The notes below the pieces were generated by a model. That model saw nothing but the letters and a program-made list of their open reading frames with translations, was not told the DNA's origin and searched no databases. The translations under genes were made by a program, and so were the position numbers. DNA of 63,654 nucleotides, filler included, from Pelomyxa schiedti (lineage: Eukaryota > Protista > Evosea), in assembly GCA_020536535.1 (NCBI GenBank). It is 10 parts of 10 records of this genome, joined end to end, with 100 filler letters (N's around TTAATTAATTAA, not from the genome) between each part and the next. Parts side by side here need not be neighbours in the genome. Positions count along the whole stretch, not along the records: positions 55,990 to 63,654 come from JAHLWZ010001345.1; 9 more parts are not named here. One strand, 5' to 3'. This document shows positions 60,611-63,654 of this stretch, in pieces; position 1 is the first letter of the stretch; every line of letters begins with the position of its first letter.

Positions 60611-63050
60611 ATGGCAGCAACGCAAGGGACATCACCATCTTCACCCAAGTTTTGCTGTGCCCATAGTTGTGTTGCGGCATTCAGTTTACAACAAATCTGC
60701 CACGCAAGGGAGAAAGTACATTCAAAACTGAAGCTAGAGCAAGATATGTACTTTGTTAACAAATTGCAGCATTTCAGTGCACATAGTTATCAGTTTAAAG
60801 GTTTCAACCACTTTTCCTACTTGTTTATCTACTTTCATGTTTTTTTTAATTTTCGTATTGCAATTGTACAATAAATGCCAAACCAATCTTGACCAGTCTT
60901 CTAGGCAAGAATGTGTGCAGGTCTGCCTTTTGTTGGATATATGGAATTGGACATGAGCGCCTCAGCCACTTGCAGGCATTTGTGGCTGGATCCAGGTTTG
61001 TGTTTGTTTACATTCTTGTCACACCAAACTGAAGGTAAAGAGATGCAACTGACTACCGATGCTACAATTTTTCTTCTGAGGCTGCCAAACGCCAGACTGT
61101 CATTGAGTGGATTTCTTTGCATGTTGTTGAATCTCATTTGTGTGAGCCAATGGTTGGGGAGAAAGCTCTTGATCACGATGGGAATCAAAGGATTATATTG
61201 CCCGCATCAGAGACACTTTCTGATCTGTATACAAGACTTATTGATGACCTCCTTGCAGAGAACTCCCCGGCAGAGAGAGTATACATAAGCCTCTCCATTT
61301 TTTAGTTACTAAAGTGCACTCAGATTCCAAGCATGCGAACTTTCTACCGAGTTTTACAGAAGCAGTTTCCTTTTGTTGTTCATGAACGGATTACCACACA
61401 AACTCTGTGCTCCATTTGTGATCAGTTGAGGCGTACCAGGGCTGAAGCACTACGGGAGAGTGATTCTGAGCAGCTTGTTTCAATACAAAAAACTATTGAG
61501 GAGCATACCAAGCTTCACCTAGCAGAACGCCATTACCAGGAGAGACAATATGCCAAGTCTCACAACTATCCAACCCAGTTGGGTGCTGTATGTATGGATG
61601 CTAAACAACACCTTGTGCTTCCTCATTTTCGGAGAGGAACTGCAGCCTCACAAGGGTGTACCAAATATGCTTTACACATTATGGGCATCCAAGATCTGGC
61701 AAACAAGGACAGAGCAATATATTTGTACCTGGGAGAAACAACTCCAATGTTATTCTTTCCATTCTGCACCAAAATCTAACACGAATGTTCCTTCCTGTGC
61801 CACATGGTTTGCAGACAGGCACTGCCAAGAACCACTTCCGATACAAAAAGCTCTACCTTACCTTTGACAACGCTCCTGTGAACAAATGCCTGACTTCTTT
61901 ATTGTACTGTGGAATGCTGGTTGCCAAACGCTGGGTGCAGTCTGTTGAAGTTGGTTTTTTGCTTCCAGGACATGGGCATGGCCTGCAGGATCAACTATTC
62001 AGCTCTTTGCATTATCCCCTTCACACACAGGATGCCCTTACAGTACCAGCTTTTCTTGAGCTATGCCATTATGCTTACCAGCATAAGCCAGTCACTCTGT
62101 TTGTAATGGATATTGTATGGGATTGGCAGGGCTACTTTTCTCCATTCTTGTCAGGGTCTAAATGGAAGCACCTGGAGGACTGCTTTGGGTTCAAGATCTC
62201 AATTGGTGTTCCATCAGATTCCTCACATGATTCTGTTGTTGTCCAGTCAAGGAGATTTAATTCACAAGAACCGTGGTCAGAGTACAGGGCTGACTTGTAT
62301 CCTCATGGTCTCCCAACAGGTGTTCCATACACTGTGCCTGCTGATTTCTCGGTCTTCAAGTCCAGTGAAATTGATGCAATTTTGAAGGTGCTTCCTCCTT
62401 CACAGGCTGCTTTTACTTGGTGGAAATCTTTACGCACAGTACCTTCTGCTGTGTTCCCAGCATTTGATTCTAGCTGCTCATTAGTGTGTCTTGTCCTCAT
62501 TTATTTAACCATTTGTCTATAAGTGGTTGTAGTGCAATTTTGGCTGATTCTTAAGTGTGCTCCTTACTGTATCTTAGTGGAATGTGGAGAACTTCTGGAG
62601 CACTAATGGCTTTCTTCCTGCAAATGAAAGAGTGACAGTTCCACCACTGACTCCCCGGGCCTCAGCCATTCTGAAGAACCTTCAGCAAGTGCAGTCATGT
62701 TTTGGATCCCAACAGACCCACAAAGTACATATTTTCCATCCCTCTGCAACCACCATTGAGCACTGATTTTTCTCTCAGACCTTGGGGAATCTTCCTTTTA
62801 TTGTGTGGAGCCTCTTGTCTATTATTATGTGGCAACCAAGTGAGTTTTATTTTTTTTTCTTCTGGTGTTAAATGGTGAGAATCTCACCTTCTTTTAGGTA
62901 TGTCCTTTGGCGTGGCACAAAATCAGACACCTTCACAAAAACTCTAAAGCTAAAGCAAGTTCCTCGTAACAATATTAGCCGGTGCTGTTGTCACTTGATA
63001 CCACCAGTACCACGGTATGAAGAAAACCAGTGGCCACACTGCCTTTAACA
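60611..63050 (+). CDS. Sola-like DDD transposase (multi-exon; frameshift at ~61730)
   Basis: CCAHSC..F, VCRSAFCWIYGI, CSIC; candidate triad CMD(61597)AK, TFD(61866)NA..NK and FLLPGHGHGLQD(61989)QLFS. The 3' end is approximate. Confidence 0.82.
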
Positions 63051-63313
63051 CACCTCTTTTATGGTTTTAATGTTACATTTCAATAACAATTTCTTGTGGA
63101 TTTGAAGGAAGCACTTTCATTTTTACAATACACCGCACCAAGAGGCACACATGGATGCTCATTTTCACCTTGTCAAGGGGTGAAAATTTTCGAGTTTGGA
63201 GAAGCCTGGTTTTCTGGCAAAAGCCTGACTGGGTTGGCAAGCGCTTAATTCGTTGGTTACCCGAAATCGTCAGTAGTAGAACAAAAAACAAGGGAAAGCA
63301 CCCTCGTCGTTTC

Positions 63314-63654
63314 ATGTCGGCCGGTGACCCCAAGAGGGAAGACTGGGTTCGATTGATACGGTGCAACTACGCAAGCGATCAATTCATAGCTCTCGCCGTA
63401 GCTGCGTGGGCCTCGCAACCCAAAACCACCAACACGAGTTCTGCTCAAACACCCCTCGTGCGCGATGCGGAACCACCATCACAGTCAGGAGGCGTACGAC
63501 AGCCACCATCGTCACCATCATCATCACCACCACCACCACCACCAGCAGCAGCAGCGGCGAGTATGCTTCCCATGTACTTGATGGAATACATCGGGAGGGA
63601 GTGGGTGACGCCGACGGCTGTGTACGTGTGCAGGGTGTCACCAATTTATGCGAG
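63314..63654 (+). CDS. HxRCG-family-related gene, 5' part (open to the window end; absent from the ORF track)
   Basis: MSAGDPKREDWVRLIRCNYASDQFIALAV...MLPMYLMEYIGREWV with no stop. Confidence 0.65.
   Translation, partial: MSAGDPKREDWVRLIRCNYASDQFIALAVAAWASQPKTTNTSSAQTPLVRDAEPPSQSGGVRQPPSSPSSSPPPPPPAAAAASMLPMYLMEYIGREWVTPTAVYVCRVSPIYA

Larger units (their letters stand above)
56295..63244. mobile_element. Complete ~6.95-kb TIR DNA transposon, Sola-like (Sola3-type TTAA target)
   Basis: TIRs at 56295-56344 and 63195-63244 match at 47/50 (GCGCTTGCCAACCCAGTCAGG...). TTAA flanks both ends (56291-56294, 63245-63248). There is an internal DDD transposase. Confidence 0.88.

Noticed and set aside
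56291-63248. piggyBac assignment based on TTAA
   Set aside because: The termini are not CCY and the transposase motifs (DN..NK, GH....D..F) are Sola-like.

Overview
This is eukaryotic, intron-rich protist DNA, not a continuous locus. It is 10 separate contigs joined by artificial 100-bp N44-TTAATTAATTAA-N44 spacers (6745-6844, 8470-8569, 14946-15045, 17705-17804, 24734-24833, 46740-46839, 52792-52891, 54594-54693, 55890-55989), plus two 100-N scaffold gaps (3300-3399, 16570-16669). Short GT-AG introns, an Entamoeba-type receptor kinase and a greatly expanded 'A..QF.AL....HPRCG' gene family suggest an archamoeba such as Pelomyxa; this is inference and was not verified. Contents include a tandem array of split-F-box/ZZ-finger genes and a contig of decayed gene fragments (PARP, a bacterial-like beta-helix gene, WDR54-like, Csl4 N-terminus). 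A gene-dense housekeeping contig holds an atypical Rab, a receptor kinase, a CTD phosphatase, TEX261, prefoldin 2, an alpha/beta hydrolase, a Tdp1-like gene and a PEX26/APEM9-like gene. There is also an arsenite methyltransferase and about 10 members or fragments of the HxRCG family. The most notable feature is a complete ~6.95-kb DNA transposon (56295-63244) with 50-bp TIRs and flanking TTAA. It carries a Sola-like DDD transposase and a divergently transcribed multi-exon cargo gene with ParB-like and SAM-methyltransferase-like segments and an NLS. It is inserted into a ~100-bp bidirectional promoter. All family calls come from motif recognition by eye; exon boundaries were read manually and gene ends are approximate.
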